Shown here piece by piece: positions 9,725 to 20,125 of a DNA stretch of 64,000 nt; position 1 is the stretch's first letter, and every line of letters starts with the position of its first letter. Location: NCBI GenBank assembly GCA_963758635.1, contig CAVWWD010000008.1, positions 224,001 through 288,000 of the forward strand, read 5' to 3'. This DNA comes from an uncultured Candidatus Rokubacteria bacterium. Its GTDB lineage: Bacteria; Methylomirabilota; Methylomirabilia; Rokubacteriales; CSP1-6. The notes under the pieces were generated by a model. The model was not told the DNA's origin. It searched no databases and worked only from the letters and a program-made list of their open reading frames with translations. The translations under genes and the position numbers were made by a program.

Positions 9725-10896
9725 ATGAGCTCCCCGGACGCGGCGCGCCAGCGGCTCTTCGGCGACGAGCACGCCATGCTCAGGAAGAGCGTGCGCGCGT
9801 TCGTGGAGAAGGAGGTGGCGCCCTGCGTGGACGAGTGGGAGGCGGCCGGGCGGATCCCGAAGGCGTTCTGGCGGCGCCTCGGGCGAGCTCGGCTTCCTGG
9901 GGCTCGAGTTTCCCGGTGGAGTACGGCGGGGCCGGCGGTGATTTCCTCTCGAGCGTGGTGCTGGGCGAGGAGATGGCGCGCTGCCGCTCGGGCGGGGTGG
10001 CGTTCAGCGTGCTCGTCCACACCGACATGTCCTCGCCCTGGCTCACGCGCTTCGGGACCGAGGCGCAGAAGCGACGATACCTGCCCGGCATCGTGAAGGG
10101 CGAGACCGTGTGCGCCCTCGGCATCACCGAGCCCGCCGCGGGCTCCGACATGGCGAGCCTCGCGACACGCGCCGTCCGCGACGGCGATCGCTTTCTCCTC
10201 ACCGGGGCAAAGACGTTCATCACCAACGGCGTCCACGGCGATCTCTACTTCGTGGCGGCGCGCACGGGGCCGGGGACGCCCGACCGGCGTCACGACGGCA
10301 TCTCGATGTTCCTGGTGGAGCGCGGCTTGCCCGGCTTCACCGTCAGCCGCGCCCTCGACAAGATGGGCATGCGCGCCTCGGATACCGCCGAGCTGGCCTT
10401 CCACGACTGCCCGGTGCCCGCGGAGAACCTGCTCGGCGTGGAGGGGCGCGGCTTCCAGCAGCTCGCCGCCGGCCTCCAGCGCGAGCGCATCATGGCGGCG
10501 GTGCTGGCCCTGTCCGGCGCCGCCCACGCGCTGGAGGACACCGTGGCGCATCTCCGCGAGCGCCAGGCGTTCGGCGCGCCCCTCAGCGACAAGCAGGCGC
10601 TGCGCCACACCGTCGCCGATCTGGCGACCGAGGTCGAGGCGGCGCGCCAGCTCGTCTACCATGCCGCCGCGCGCTACGCGGCCGGCGAGGAGTGCGTCAC
10701 CGAGGTGTCGATGGCGAAGCTCTTCGCCACCGAGGTGGCCAACCGCGTCGCGTACCAGGCCGTCCAGCTCCACGGCGGGTACGGCTACATGCGCGAGTTC
10801 CCCGTGGAGCGCTTCTTCCGCGACGTGCGCCTCTGGACCATCGCGTCGGGCACGTCGGAGATCATGCGCGAGATCATCGCCAGGAGGCTCCTGTGA
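9725..10896 (+). CDS. Acyl-CoA dehydrogenase (indels about 9880-9915)
   Basis: [27 protein letters not shown] and QLHGGYGY motifs; N-terminus lies in a second frame. Confidence 0.9.
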
Positions 10897-11930
10897 CGCC
10901 GCCCGCTCTCCCGCTCCTCTACACCCACGTCATGGGCAGCCACGGCTTCCCCGGATGGTTCTGGACCGCGCTCGACAAGATCAAGGCCGGCGAGTACGGG
11001 CAGACGGACGTCCGCGAGACCTTCGACGACGCGACCCAGCTCGCCATCCGCGACCAGGAGCGGGCCGGCATCGACGTCATCTGCGACGGCGAGATGCGCC
11101 GGTTCTTCTTCGTGCAGTCCTTCTACGCGAAGATGGACGGCCTCGAGCCCCTCGAGCCCCTGCGCAAGACCGGGCTCTACGCCTATGACAGCGTGCCCCG
11201 CTATCGCCCGACGCGGAAGATCACCGTGCCGCGCGGGCTCGGCACCGTCGAGGAGTTCCAGTACCTCAAGACGCAGACCGACCGGCCGGTGAAGGCCACG
11301 TGCCCGGGCCCGGTGACGCTGTCCATCCACGTCCAGACGCGGCCGGGCGACGCCTACGACAACGATCGGCTCGCCCTCTGCTGGGACATGGTGCCCGCGG
11401 TGAACGCCGAGCTCCGGGCCCTGGTGGCGGCCGGCGCGGACTGGATCCAGATCGACGAGCCGTCGGCGGCCATCGTCCCCGGGCAGGCGGCGGAGTACGT
11501 GAAGATGTTCAACGCCTGCGTGGAGGGCGTGGCGGCGAAGATCGGCTACCACGTGTGCTTCGGCAATCTCCTGTCGCGGCCGCGCGGCAAGCGCTCCTAC
11601 CGCTGGATGTTCCCCGCGCTCCTCGAGACCCGGTGCGACCAGTTCGTCTTCGAGTACGCGAACCGGGAGATGGCGGAGATCGAGATGTGGAGCGACGTGG
11701 GCGTCGACCGGGACATCGCCTGCGGGGTGGTCGACGTGAAGTCGTTCTACATGGAGATCGCCGGCGGAGGTGGCGGAGCGGGCCCGCCTCTGCCTCCGGC
11801 ACATCCCCGCCGAGCGGCTCTCGCTGATCCCCGACTGCGGTTTCTTCCCCGTGCCGCGGTGGGTCGCCTTCGAGAAGCTCAAGCGGCTGGCCGCGGGGGC
11901 CCAGCTCGCGCGCAGGGAACTGGGGGCTGA
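10893..11930 (+). CDS. Cobalamin-independent methionine synthase II (MetE C-terminal domain only) family; indel about 11760, end approximate
   Basis: QERAGIDVICDGE, WIQIDEP, HVCFGN, FEYAN, GVVDVK and (other frame) PDCGF. Confidence 0.8.
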   Translation: MTPPALPLLYTHVMGSHGFPGWFWTALDKIKAGEYGQTDVRETFDDATQLAIRDQERAGIDVICDGEMRRFFFVQSFYAKMDGLEPLEPLRKTGLYAYDSVPRYRPTRKITVPRGLGTVEEFQYLKTQTDRPVKATCPGPVTLSIHVQTRPGDAYDNDRLALCWDMVPAVNAELRALVAAGADWIQIDEPSAAIVPGQAAEYVKMFNACVEGVAAKIGYHVCFGNLLSRPRGKRSYRWMFPALLETRCDQFVFEYANREMAEIEMWSDVGVDRDIACGVVDVKSFYMEIAGGGGGAGPPLPPAHPRRAALADPRLRFLPRAAVGRLREAQAAGRGGPARAQGTGG

Positions 11931-11944
11931 CGCAGGACGAGGGA

Positions 11945-12038
11945 AGAGAATACGGCGCGCCGGCATTCGGCGTGTACGCGGAAGCGGGGTTAGTTGGCCC
12001 GCTCGCGGGCGTCAAAACCCGCATTCCTTCGCAACTCG
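11945..12038 (+). repeat. Dispersed repeat family B, copy 1
   Basis: Shares GTGTACGCGGAAGCG and CCGCATTCCTTC with the 13370 copy, and CCGCTCGC.GGCGTCAAAA with the 31831 copy. Confidence 0.7.
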
Positions 12039-12053
12039 ACAAGGAGGTCATCA

Positions 12054-13328
12054 ATGGCGACGACCAGACGCGAGTTCCTCGGGATGGCAGGCGCGGCGGC
12101 GGGCGCGATGGCGCTGCCGCGGGCGGCCCGGGCCCAGGCCCGTCCCGGCGTGCCGTCCGACCCGGTCAAGATCGGCATCATCGCCATCCGCGCGGGCATC
12201 GCCGCGCCGGTCGGCGCCGCCGGTCTGCGCGGGACCGAGTGGTGGGTGGAGCGGGTCAACAAGGCCGGCGGCATCCTCGGACGCCAGGTCCAGCTGGTCG
12301 TCGAGGAGGAGTCCACGCCCAAGGACACCGTCGAGCGCTACCGGAAGCTCATCCTCCAGGACAAGGTCGAGGTCGTCATCGGCGGGATCTCCACCGGCGT
12401 GACCCTGGCGCTGGGCCCCGTCGCCGAGGAGATGGAGACGCCGTGGCTGTCCTGGGACGGCACCACCCAGAAGGGCGTCGAGGAGACGATGCCCAGCCCG
12501 AAGTGGGCCTTCAAGAGCGTGGACAACGAGGTCGAGGCCATCGTCGCCGGGCAGCTCACCCCGAAGTACTTCAAGGGCGTCCAGACCATCGCCGGCATCA
12601 ACAACGACTACTCCTACGGCCACGACTGCTGGGAGACCTACCAGGCCGTCCTCAAGAAGATGGGCATGAACGTCAAGCCGGTGCTCGAGCTCTTCCCCAA
12701 GCTCGGCGTGACGGACTTCACGACCCACATCGCCGCCATCCAGCAGGCCAAGCCCGACCTCCTGATGTGCTCGTTCTGGTCGGGCGACGCGACGATCCTC
12801 ATGAAGCAGGCCGCCGCGGTGGGGCTCTTCAAGACCATGAAGGGGGTCTTCACCACGGCGGGGGGCGTGCACGACTCCCTCAAGAAGGAGTTCACGCCGG
12901 AGGGGCTCCTGCTCGGCTACAACACCATGTACTTCGACGACCCGAAGGGCTCGCCGCTCCTCAAGCAGTTCGTGCGCGAGTACAAGGCGAAGTACAACGA
13001 ATACCCGCCCTACGAGTGCGACCACGCGTACTTCAACATCGAGTCCTACAAGGCCGCGGTGGAGCGCGCGTACGCGCAGACGAAGCAGTGGCCGACCAAG
13101 GCGCAGGTGGTCAAGGCCCTCGAGGGCATCGAGGCGACCTCGCTGTCCGGCACGCGGTCGTGGCGCGCCGACCACGTGCAGATGTGCAGCTTCTACCAGG
13201 GCCTCACCACCCACAAGAACAGCTACGACTTCGTCACCATCAGCCCCATCGAGGTCGTCTCCACCAGGACGGCGATGAAGCCGGCGGGCTCGAAGCTCCT
13301 CGACTGGATCAACGGCTGGAAGGTCTGA
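12054..13328 (+). CDS. Liv-family ABC substrate-binding protein with Tat signal
   Basis: TRREFL twin-arginine motif; VNKAGGILGRQVQLVVE; SD AAGGAGG. Confidence 0.9.
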   Translation: MATTRREFLGMAGAAAGAMALPRAARAQARPGVPSDPVKIGIIAIRAGIAAPVGAAGLRGTEWWVERVNKAGGILGRQVQLVVEEESTPKDTVERYRKLILQDKVEVVIGGISTGVTLALGPVAEEMETPWLSWDGTTQKGVEETMPSPKWAFKSVDNEVEAIVAGQLTPKYFKGVQTIAGINNDYSYGHDCWETYQAVLKKMGMNVKPVLELFPKLGVTDFTTHIAAIQQAKPDLLMCSFWSGDATILMKQAAAVGLFKTMKGVFTTAGGVHDSLKKEFTPEGLLLGYNTMYFDDPKGSPLLKQFVREYKAKYNEYPPYECDHAYFNIESYKAAVERAYAQTKQWPTKAQVVKALEGIEATSLSGTRSWRADHVQMCSFYQGLTTHKNSYDFVTISPIEVVSTRTAMKPAGSKLLDWINGWKV

Positions 13329-13367
13329 TCGACCTCCCCCCGGCCCGCCCCCGCGCTCGGCCCGGAG

Positions 13368-13457
13368 TCGTGAATGAATGGCGAGACGCCGCCGCGCGTG
13401 TACGCGGAAGCGCGGTGTTGCCCCGCATGGCGGAGTCGACCGCATTCCTTCACAACC
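13368..13457 (+). repeat. Dispersed repeat family B, copy 2, inside a long intergenic hairpin
   Basis: GTGAATGAATG...CATTCCTTCAC terminal inverted repeat; GAATGAATGGCGAGACG identical to the 31831 copy. Confidence 0.75.
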
Positions 13458-13489
13458 TGCCGGCGAGACGGGGGCGGGCGGCGCCCGTC

Positions 13490-14377
13490 GTGACCGCGAA
13501 CCTCGTCAACCTGCTGATGAGCGGCGTGTTCCACGCCGCCATCCTCTTCCTGGTCTCGGCCGGGCTGCAGGTCGTCTTCGGCGTCCAGAAGATCTTCAAC
13601 CTGGCGTGCGGCTCCTTCTACGCCCTGGGCGCGTACACGGGAGCCTCGGCGGTGGCGTTCTTCATCGGGCACGGCGGGCCGCCCGCCCTCTTCGTCCTGC
13701 CTCTCGTCGCGGGCGGGCTCGTGGTGGGGCTGGTGGGCGTGCTCGTCGAGCGCGGGCTGCTGCGCTTCGTCTACGACCGTGACGAGACCTTCCAGCTCCT
13801 GCTGACCTTCGCGCTCGTGCTGATGCTCGAGGACCTGATCCGCATGACGTGGGGCACGGCGCCCGTGTCGACGGGCGGGCTCTACCTGAGCTACGGGCAG
13901 GCGCGGATCCTCGGCGCGGCGGTGCCCGTGTACAACCTCCTCGTGATCGCCGCGAGCTTCGTGATCGCCCTCGCCGTGGGCTTCATGCTGACGCGGACGA
14001 CCTTCGGGCGCATCGTCCGCGCCGCGGCGGACAACCGAGAGATGGCGGAGGCCCTCGGCGTGGACATGCGACGGCTCTACGCGCGCGTTTTCACGCTCGG
14101 GACCATGCTCGGCACCCTCGGCGGCGCCCTCGTCATCCCGTCTACCGCGGCGATGAGCGAGATGGGGGTCGAGCTGATCGTCGAGGCGTTCGCCGTGGTG
14201 GTGATCGGCGGGCTCGGGAGCATGCGGGGGGCGTTCGTGGGCGCCCTCGTGGTCGGCCTGCTCCGCGCCCTGGCCATCTGGCTGTACCCGGAGCTCGAGA
14301 TGCTGCTGATCTACCTCATCGTGATCGGCGTGCTTCTCTGGCGCCCGCGCGGGCTCTTCGGGACGGCCGCCGCGTGA
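13490..14377 (+). CDS. Liv-type ABC permease (LivH-like)
   Basis: GLQVVFGVQKIFNLACG, TFGRIVRA and VVVIGGLGS. Confidence 0.9.
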   Translation: MTANLVNLLMSGVFHAAILFLVSAGLQVVFGVQKIFNLACGSFYALGAYTGASAVAFFIGHGGPPALFVLPLVAGGLVVGLVGVLVERGLLRFVYDRDETFQLLLTFALVLMLEDLIRMTWGTAPVSTGGLYLSYGQARILGAAVPVYNLLVIAASFVIALAVGFMLTRTTFGRIVRAAADNREMAEALGVDMRRLYARVFTLGTMLGTLGGALVIPSTAAMSEMGVELIVEAFAVVVIGGLGSMRGAFVGALVVGLLRALAIWLYPELEMLLIYLIVIGVLLWRPRGLFGTAAA

Positions 14378-15330
14378 GGACGACGGTTGTCCTGGCGCTG
14401 GTGGCGGTGGCCCTGCTCGCCATCCCCCTCGCGGCCCCCGCCTACTACGTGACGCTCATGCTGCCCTTCATGGCGTACGGGGTCGTGCTGCTCGGGCTGA
14501 ACCTCCTCTTCGGCTACACCGGGCTCGTCTCGTTCGGGCACGCGCTGTTCATCGGGGTCGGCGCCTACACGGGCGCCGTGCTGACCACGCACCTCGGGGT
14601 GCGGCAGATGGAGCTCATCCTGGCCGTCGCCGCGCTCGCCGCCGCGGTGGTGGCGGCGCCCGTGGGCGCCCTCTGCGTGCGCTACGTCAAGATCTACTTC
14701 GGCATGCTGACCCTCGCCTTCGGCATGGTCTTCTACACGTTCCTCCTGAAGTTCTACCGGCTGACCGGCGGCGACGAGGGCATGCGGATGCTCCGCCCCT
14801 GGCTCCTCGGCAGCGAGTGGTCCGGGCTCTCGAAGACCGCGTACCTGATCGGGCCCTACTACTACTTCTCGCTCGCCGTGCTGGCCCTCGCCACCGTCCT
14901 CATGTGGCGCGTCGTGCGCTCCCCCTTCGGCCTCTGCCTCCGGACCATCCGCGACAATCCGCTGAAGGCCGAGAGCCTCGGCCTCAGCGTGCCGCGCTAT
15001 CGCTGGTACGCGTTCATGATCTCCGCCGTCTACGCGGGGGTGGGCGGCGCGCTGCTCGCCACACCGACGGGCAACGTGGACCCCACGCTCGCGTACTGGA
15101 CGCACTCCGGGAACATCGTCTTCATGGTCCTGCTCGGCGGCTTCACATCCTTCTTCGGCCCGCTCCTCGGCGCGTTCGTCTTCATCTTCCTGCAGGACAC
15201 CGTCATGTCGGTGTTCCCGTACTGGCGGCTCGTCTTCGGGGCCGTGCTCGCCTTCATCGTGATCTTCGCTCCCGGCGGGCTGATGGGCCTCTTCGGCCGC
15301 CGGCGGGCCGCCGAGGCCTCGCGCGGGTGA
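14374..15330 (+). CDS. Liv-type ABC permease (LivM-like)
   Basis: LNLLFGYTGLVSFGHA, TGGDEG, SPFG..LRTIRDN; GTGA overlap. Confidence 0.9.
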   Translation: MRTTVVLALVAVALLAIPLAAPAYYVTLMLPFMAYGVVLLGLNLLFGYTGLVSFGHALFIGVGAYTGAVLTTHLGVRQMELILAVAALAAAVVAAPVGALCVRYVKIYFGMLTLAFGMVFYTFLLKFYRLTGGDEGMRMLRPWLLGSEWSGLSKTAYLIGPYYYFSLAVLALATVLMWRVVRSPFGLCLRTIRDNPLKAESLGLSVPRYRWYAFMISAVYAGVGGALLATPTGNVDPTLAYWTHSGNIVFMVLLGGFTSFFGPLLGAFVFIFLQDTVMSVFPYWRLVFGAVLAFIVIFAPGGLMGLFGRRRAAEASRG

Positions 15331-16094
15331 TCCTCGAGGCGCGGGACGTCCGCAAGCTCTACGGCGCTCACGTGGCGCTCGACGGCGTGAGCCTGTCCAT
15401 CGCGGAAGGCGAGTTCGTCTCGATCATCGGGCCGAACGGCGCCGGCAAGTCGACGCTGATCGGTGTGCTGACCGGCCTGCTCCGGCCGAGCGCCGGCAGC
15501 GTGCGCTTCAAGGGGAAGGACATCGCCGGCATCGGGACCGCCCCCCTCACGCGGCTGGGCATGGCCCGGAGCTTCCAGCTCGTCCAGATCTTCCCCGAGC
15601 TGACGGTGCTCGAGACGCTCCAGGCTGCGGTGGTCTCGCGGCTCGGCCGGGGCTGGCACATCCTCGCCGCCCTGGGCCGCGACCGCCAGGTCCGGGCGGA
15701 CGCCCTCAACGTCGCCGCGCTCTTCAACCTCGCCGACAAGGCTCATGTGCTCGCCCGGGCCCTGCCGCAGGGGGACAAGAAGCTGCTCGACGTGGCCGCG
15801 GCCTTCGCGCTGCGGCCGGAGATCATCCTCCTCGACGAGCCGACCAGCGGCGTGAGCACGGCGGACAAGCACGCGGTGATGGAGATCCTGGTGGGCGCGG
15901 CCCGGCAGATCGGGCTCTCCACGATCATCCAGGTCGAGCACGACATGGACATCGTGTTCGGGTACTCGGACCGGATCATCGCGCTCCATCAGGGCCGCGT
16001 GCTGGCCGACGCGACGCCGGCCGCGATCCAGGCGGACGCGCGGGTGGTGGACATGGTGATCGGCCGGGCGCGGCCCACTCCGGCGAGCGGGTAG
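15327..16094 (+). CDS. ABC ATP-binding protein (LivG-like)
   Basis: GPNGAGKST, RSFQ, LLDEP and EHDMD. Confidence 0.92.
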   Translation: MILEARDVRKLYGAHVALDGVSLSIAEGEFVSIIGPNGAGKSTLIGVLTGLLRPSAGSVRFKGKDIAGIGTAPLTRLGMARSFQLVQIFPELTVLETLQAAVVSRLGRGWHILAALGRDRQVRADALNVAALFNLADKAHVLARALPQGDKKLLDVAAAFALRPEIILLDEPTSGVSTADKHAVMEILVGAARQIGLSTIIQVEHDMDIVFGYSDRIIALHQGRVLADATPAAIQADARVVDMVIGRARPTPASG

Positions 16095-16096
16095 CC

Positions 16097-16807
16097 ATGC
16101 TCGAGGTGCGGGGGATCAACGTCTTCATCCAGGCGAGCCACATCCTCCGGAGGGTGTCGCTCGAGGTCCGCGAGCGCGAGGTCGTCTGCCTCGTGGGGCG
16201 CAACGGCGCGGGGAAGACCACGACGCTCCGGACGGTCATGGGCTACCACCGTCCGCGGGCCGGCGAGGTGCGCTTCAAGAACACGACGCTCTCCGGACGG
16301 CGGACCTTCGAGATCGCGCGGCTCGGGCTCGGCTTCTCCCCCGAGGAGGGGGCCATCTTCTCCGACCTGACGGTGGCGGAGAACATCGAGATCTCGACGT
16401 GGACGCGGCCGGAGGGACGGCCCGCCGCGGAGCGGCTCGCCCTCGCCTACGAGGTCTTTCCCGTGCTCCGGCGGTATGCGGCGCGCAAGGGCCCGGAGAT
16501 GTCGGGCGGCGAGAGGAAGATGCTCTCGATCGCGCGGGCCCTCGCCCTCGACCCCGAGCTCCTCCTGCTCGACGAGCCGTTCGAGGGGCTCTCGCCCGCC
16601 ATCCTCCCCACCGTCGCCGCGGGCATCGGCGAGATCACCCAGCGCGGGCACGCGATCCTCATCGCGGAGTCGAACATCCACCACGTGCCCGACTTCGCCA
16701 CGCGCCTCTACGTGATCGAGCGCGGCGAGATCATCTTCGCCGGCCCCCCCGACGAGGTCCGGCGGGACGCCGCCGTGCTCGGCGTCATCGGCGGGCACGC
16801 GGTCTAG
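16097..16807 (+). CDS. ABC ATP-binding protein (LivF-like)
   Basis: GRNGAGKTT, MSGGE and LLDEP. Confidence 0.92.
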   Translation: MLEVRGINVFIQASHILRRVSLEVREREVVCLVGRNGAGKTTTLRTVMGYHRPRAGEVRFKNTTLSGRRTFEIARLGLGFSPEEGAIFSDLTVAENIEISTWTRPEGRPAAERLALAYEVFPVLRRYAARKGPEMSGGERKMLSIARALALDPELLLLDEPFEGLSPAILPTVAAGIGEITQRGHAILIAESNIHHVPDFATRLYVIERGEIIFAGPPDEVRRDAAVLGVIGGHAV

Positions 16808-16952
16808 CGCGGACTAGCCACGTCTAAAACGCCTGCTGCGCGACCGGGCGGGTGGCGCAGGGGTCCGCGCGCTTGACGGCTCCGCGTGGCGTTGCGTAAG
16901 GTCGGGCCAGCGCGCTCGACGACCGAGCGCCCGCCACGAGAGGAGACGGACC

Positions 16953-17855
16953 ATGGCCGACTGGACCGCGCCCACCCAGGACCGCGTCGAGGGCTACTTC
17001 AAGGAGCTCAACAACTGGGGCCGCTGGGGCGACGCCGACCAGCTCGGCACCGTCAACCTGATCACCGCGGCCAAGCGCGGACAGGCGCAGTCGCTGGTGA
17101 AGAGCGGGCGCACGGTGTCGCTCGCCCGCGACATCGGACCGCAGCCCGCCCTCATGTACCACGTCACCTACCCGTCGAACCGGGAGCGCGCCGACGTGGT
17201 GCTGGACCGCTTCGACCTCGTCTACCACGGCTACTCGATCACCCACATCGACGCCCTCTGCCACGTGGCGTGGGACGGTCAGCTCTACAACGGCCGGTCG
17301 TTCGCCCAGAGCCTGACCGTGGCGGGCGCCACGTGGTGCCCGATCGACCCGCTCTTCGGCGGCATCACGTCGCGGGGCGTGCTGCTCGACGTGGCCGCGG
17401 GGCGTCCGGAAGGGTTCGTCGCGGTGGGCAAGCCGGTGACGCCGCGCGAGCTCGACGCGGTGGCCCGGCGCGCCGGCGTCTCCGTGGGGGCGGGTGACGT
17501 CGTCGTGGTGCGGAGCGGCCAGGAGGCGTTCCAGCGCGCGAACCCGAACTGGGTCCCGCGGGTGTCGCCGCATCCCGGGCTTCACCTGTCCTGCCTCGAG
17601 TGGCTCCGGGAGCGCGACGTGGCCGCGATTGCGTGGGACATGATGGACGAGCGCCCCATCGGCTACGCGGGCTTCGGCATGGGCGCGCACCTCGCCATCC
17701 CGTTCCTCGGGCTTGCCCTCGTGGACAACACCTATCCCGAGCGCCTCGTCGCCGCGTGCGCCGAGGAGGGTCGCCACGAGTTCCTGTTCACCGCGACGCC
17801 GATCCGCCTGGTGGGGAGCACCGGCGCGCCCGCGAACCCGCTCGCGATCTTCTAG
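16953..17855 (+). CDS. Cyclase-family metal-dependent hydrolase (kynurenine formamidase-like fold)
   Basis: NNWGRWG..DQLGTVN, HGYSITHIDALCH and GAPANPLAIF. Confidence 0.85.
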   Translation: MADWTAPTQDRVEGYFKELNNWGRWGDADQLGTVNLITAAKRGQAQSLVKSGRTVSLARDIGPQPALMYHVTYPSNRERADVVLDRFDLVYHGYSITHIDALCHVAWDGQLYNGRSFAQSLTVAGATWCPIDPLFGGITSRGVLLDVAAGRPEGFVAVGKPVTPRELDAVARRAGVSVGAGDVVVVRSGQEAFQRANPNWVPRVSPHPGLHLSCLEWLRERDVAAIAWDMMDERPIGYAGFGMGAHLAIPFLGLALVDNTYPERLVAACAEEGRHEFLFTATPIRLVGSTGAPANPLAIF

Positions 17856-17938
17856 GGCGCGGCGGAGCGGCGTTCGCCCGCCCACGCCATGCCGGCCCAG
17901 CCCGAGGCACCGCGCTCGACACCGTGCGGGGAGGCGCG

Positions 17939-20125
17939 GTGAAGTTCCGCGCGTACCTCGCCGTGCTCGTCCTCGCCGGCGTCGTCCCGCTGGTGGGCCT
18001 CACCGTGATCGTCACCGCCACCCTGGCCCGGCAGCAGCGCGACGCGCTCGAGCGGGGCCGCGTCGAGACGGTGACCGCGCTCGCCACCGCCATCGAGAAC
18101 GAGCTCGCCGCGTCGGTGAAGTCGCTCCAGACCCTCGGGGCGTCCGAACGGCTGCAGCGCGGTGACCTGCCCGCGTTCCACGCCGAGGCGCAGCGCGTGC
18201 GCGGGCTGCACCCCTGGACGACGATCGGGCTCATCGACGCCTCGGGACAGCACGTGCTGAACGCGGCGCGCCCGCTCGGGACGCCGCTGCCCGACCTCCG
18301 GGACCGCGAGTACTTCAAGCAGGTGGTGGCCACCGGGCGCCCCTCCGTGTCCGAGCCGCTCCAGGGGCGGGCCACCGGCACCGTGGATGTCGTGATCGCC
18401 GTTCCCGTCACGGACGGCGGGCTGAAGTACGTCCTCTTCGCGGGGATGGAGCCGACCCGGCTCACCGAGCAGTTCGAGGCGCAGCGGCTGCCCCCGGATG
18501 TCGTGGCGTCCATCGTGACCCGAGCCGGTATGGTCGTGTCCCGCACCGACGCCCCGTCCGTCGGCGTCGGCCAGATGGCCGACGCCACGTACCTCGAGCG
18601 GATCCGGAGGGCGCAGGCGGGGACCTTCCGGCTCCCCTCGCCGGCCGGCGAGGTCGACGTGGCCTTCCGGCGGATCGCGCTGACGGGGTGGACGGTGGGG
18701 CTGGCCGCGCCGGCGCGGGTGCTGGACGCGCCGGGGCGGCGGGTCATGTGGGCGGGAGCGCTGGTGGGCGGCGGCATCGTTGCCCTGGCCCTGGCCCTCG
18801 CCGGCGTGTTCGCGCGCCGGATGCAGCGCGCCGTGGCCGAGATCGGCGAGGCCGCCTCCGCCCTCGGACGCGGGGAGCTCCGCGCCACGCCGCGCGAGCT
18901 GCCGATCGCCGAGCTGGAGTCGATGCGCCGCTCGCTGACCGAGGCCGCGCGCCTCCTGCGGGAGCGGGAGCGCCAGCGGGACGAGCTGCTGCAGATCGAG
19001 CAGGAGATGCGGGCGGCCGCGGAGACGGCGAACCGGGCGAAGGACGAGTTCCTCGCGATGCTGGGCCACGAGCTGCGCAACCCGCTGGGCGCGATCGCCA
19101 GCGCCACGGGCGTGCTCGGCGCCACCGGCGACCTGGATCCCGGCGCGGCGCGGGCCCGCGCGGTGATCGGGCGCCAGGTCCAGCACCTGTCGCGCCTCGT
19201 CGACGACCTCCTCGACGTGAGCCGCGTCACGACCGGCAAGGTCCGGCTGAGCCTCCAGCCCCTCGACCTCTCCCAGCTCGTCACGACCACGATGGCCTCG
19301 TGGCGCTCGGCGGGGCGGTTCGATCGGCACCGCGTCTCCGACGACGCCGCGGGCCCGGTGTGGGTCGAGGCGGACGAGACCCGCATGGAGCAGGTGCTCG
19401 GCAACCTCGTGGGCAACGCGCTCAAGTACACGCCGGCGGGCGGCGAGGTGCGCGTGAGGGTGACGCGGGACGGCGCCGCCGCCGTGCTCGAGGTGGCCGA
19501 CACGGGCCCGGGGATCCCGCCTGACCTCCTCGGCAAGGTGTTCGAGCCGTTCGTGCAGGGCGATCGCGGGCTCGACCGGACGCAGGGCGGGCTCGGCATC
19601 GGCCTCACGCTGGTCAAGGCCCTGGCCGGCCTGCACGGCGGCACCGCGGAGGCGAGGAGCGCGGGCGCGGGCAGCACGTTCGTCGTCCGCCTGCCGGCGG
19701 CCGCCGCGCCGCCCACCACCGCGCCGCCGGCGCCGGCGTCACCGCCGGCCGCGGATCCGCGCCGCCGCGTCCTCGTCGTCGAGGACAACGACGACGCGCG
19801 CGAGATGCTGCGCGTGCTGCTCACCCTCGCCGGGCACTCCGTGCACGAGGCCGGCGACGGCCGGACGGGGATCGCGGTGGCCGCCGAGACCGGTCCCGAG
19901 GTGGCGCTGATCGACGTGGGCCTGCCCGGCCTCGACGGCTACGAGGTGGCCCGGCGGATCCGCGCCACCCCCGGCGGCGCGTCGATGCGCCTCATCGCCA
20001 TCACCGGCTACGGTCAGAGCGACGATCGCCGGCGTGCCCTCGACGCCGGCTTCGACGCCCATCTCACCAAGCCCGTGCAGTCGGAACGCCTCCTCGCCGC
20101 CATCGCCGGTGGAAGTGCGAGGTGA
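17939..20125 (+). CDS. Membrane hybrid histidine kinase (TM-Cache-TM-HAMP-like-HisKA-HATPase-REC)
   Basis: DREYF, FLAMLGHELRNPL, NALKYT, GGLGIGL and REC VVEDNDD...IDVGLP. The stop lies inside the first 80-bp repeat. Confidence 0.9.
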   Translation: MKFRAYLAVLVLAGVVPLVGLTVIVTATLARQQRDALERGRVETVTALATAIENELAASVKSLQTLGASERLQRGDLPAFHAEAQRVRGLHPWTTIGLIDASGQHVLNAARPLGTPLPDLRDREYFKQVVATGRPSVSEPLQGRATGTVDVVIAVPVTDGGLKYVLFAGMEPTRLTEQFEAQRLPPDVVASIVTRAGMVVSRTDAPSVGVGQMADATYLERIRRAQAGTFRLPSPAGEVDVAFRRIALTGWTVGLAAPARVLDAPGRRVMWAGALVGGGIVALALALAGVFARRMQRAVAEIGEAASALGRGELRATPRELPIAELESMRRSLTEAARLLRERERQRDELLQIEQEMRAAAETANRAKDEFLAMLGHELRNPLGAIASATGVLGATGDLDPGAARARAVIGRQVQHLSRLVDDLLDVSRVTTGKVRLSLQPLDLSQLVTTTMASWRSAGRFDRHRVSDDAAGPVWVEADETRMEQVLGNLVGNALKYTPAGGEVRVRVTRDGAAAVLEVADTGPGIPPDLLGKVFEPFVQGDRGLDRTQGGLGIGLTLVKALAGLHGGTAEARSAGAGSTFVVRLPAAAAPPTTAPPAPASPPAADPRRRVLVVEDNDDAREMLRVLLTLAGHSVHEAGDGRTGIAVAAETGPEVALIDVGLPGLDGYEVARRIRATPGGASMRLIAITGYGQSDDRRRALDAGFDAHLTKPVQSERLLAAIAGGSAR

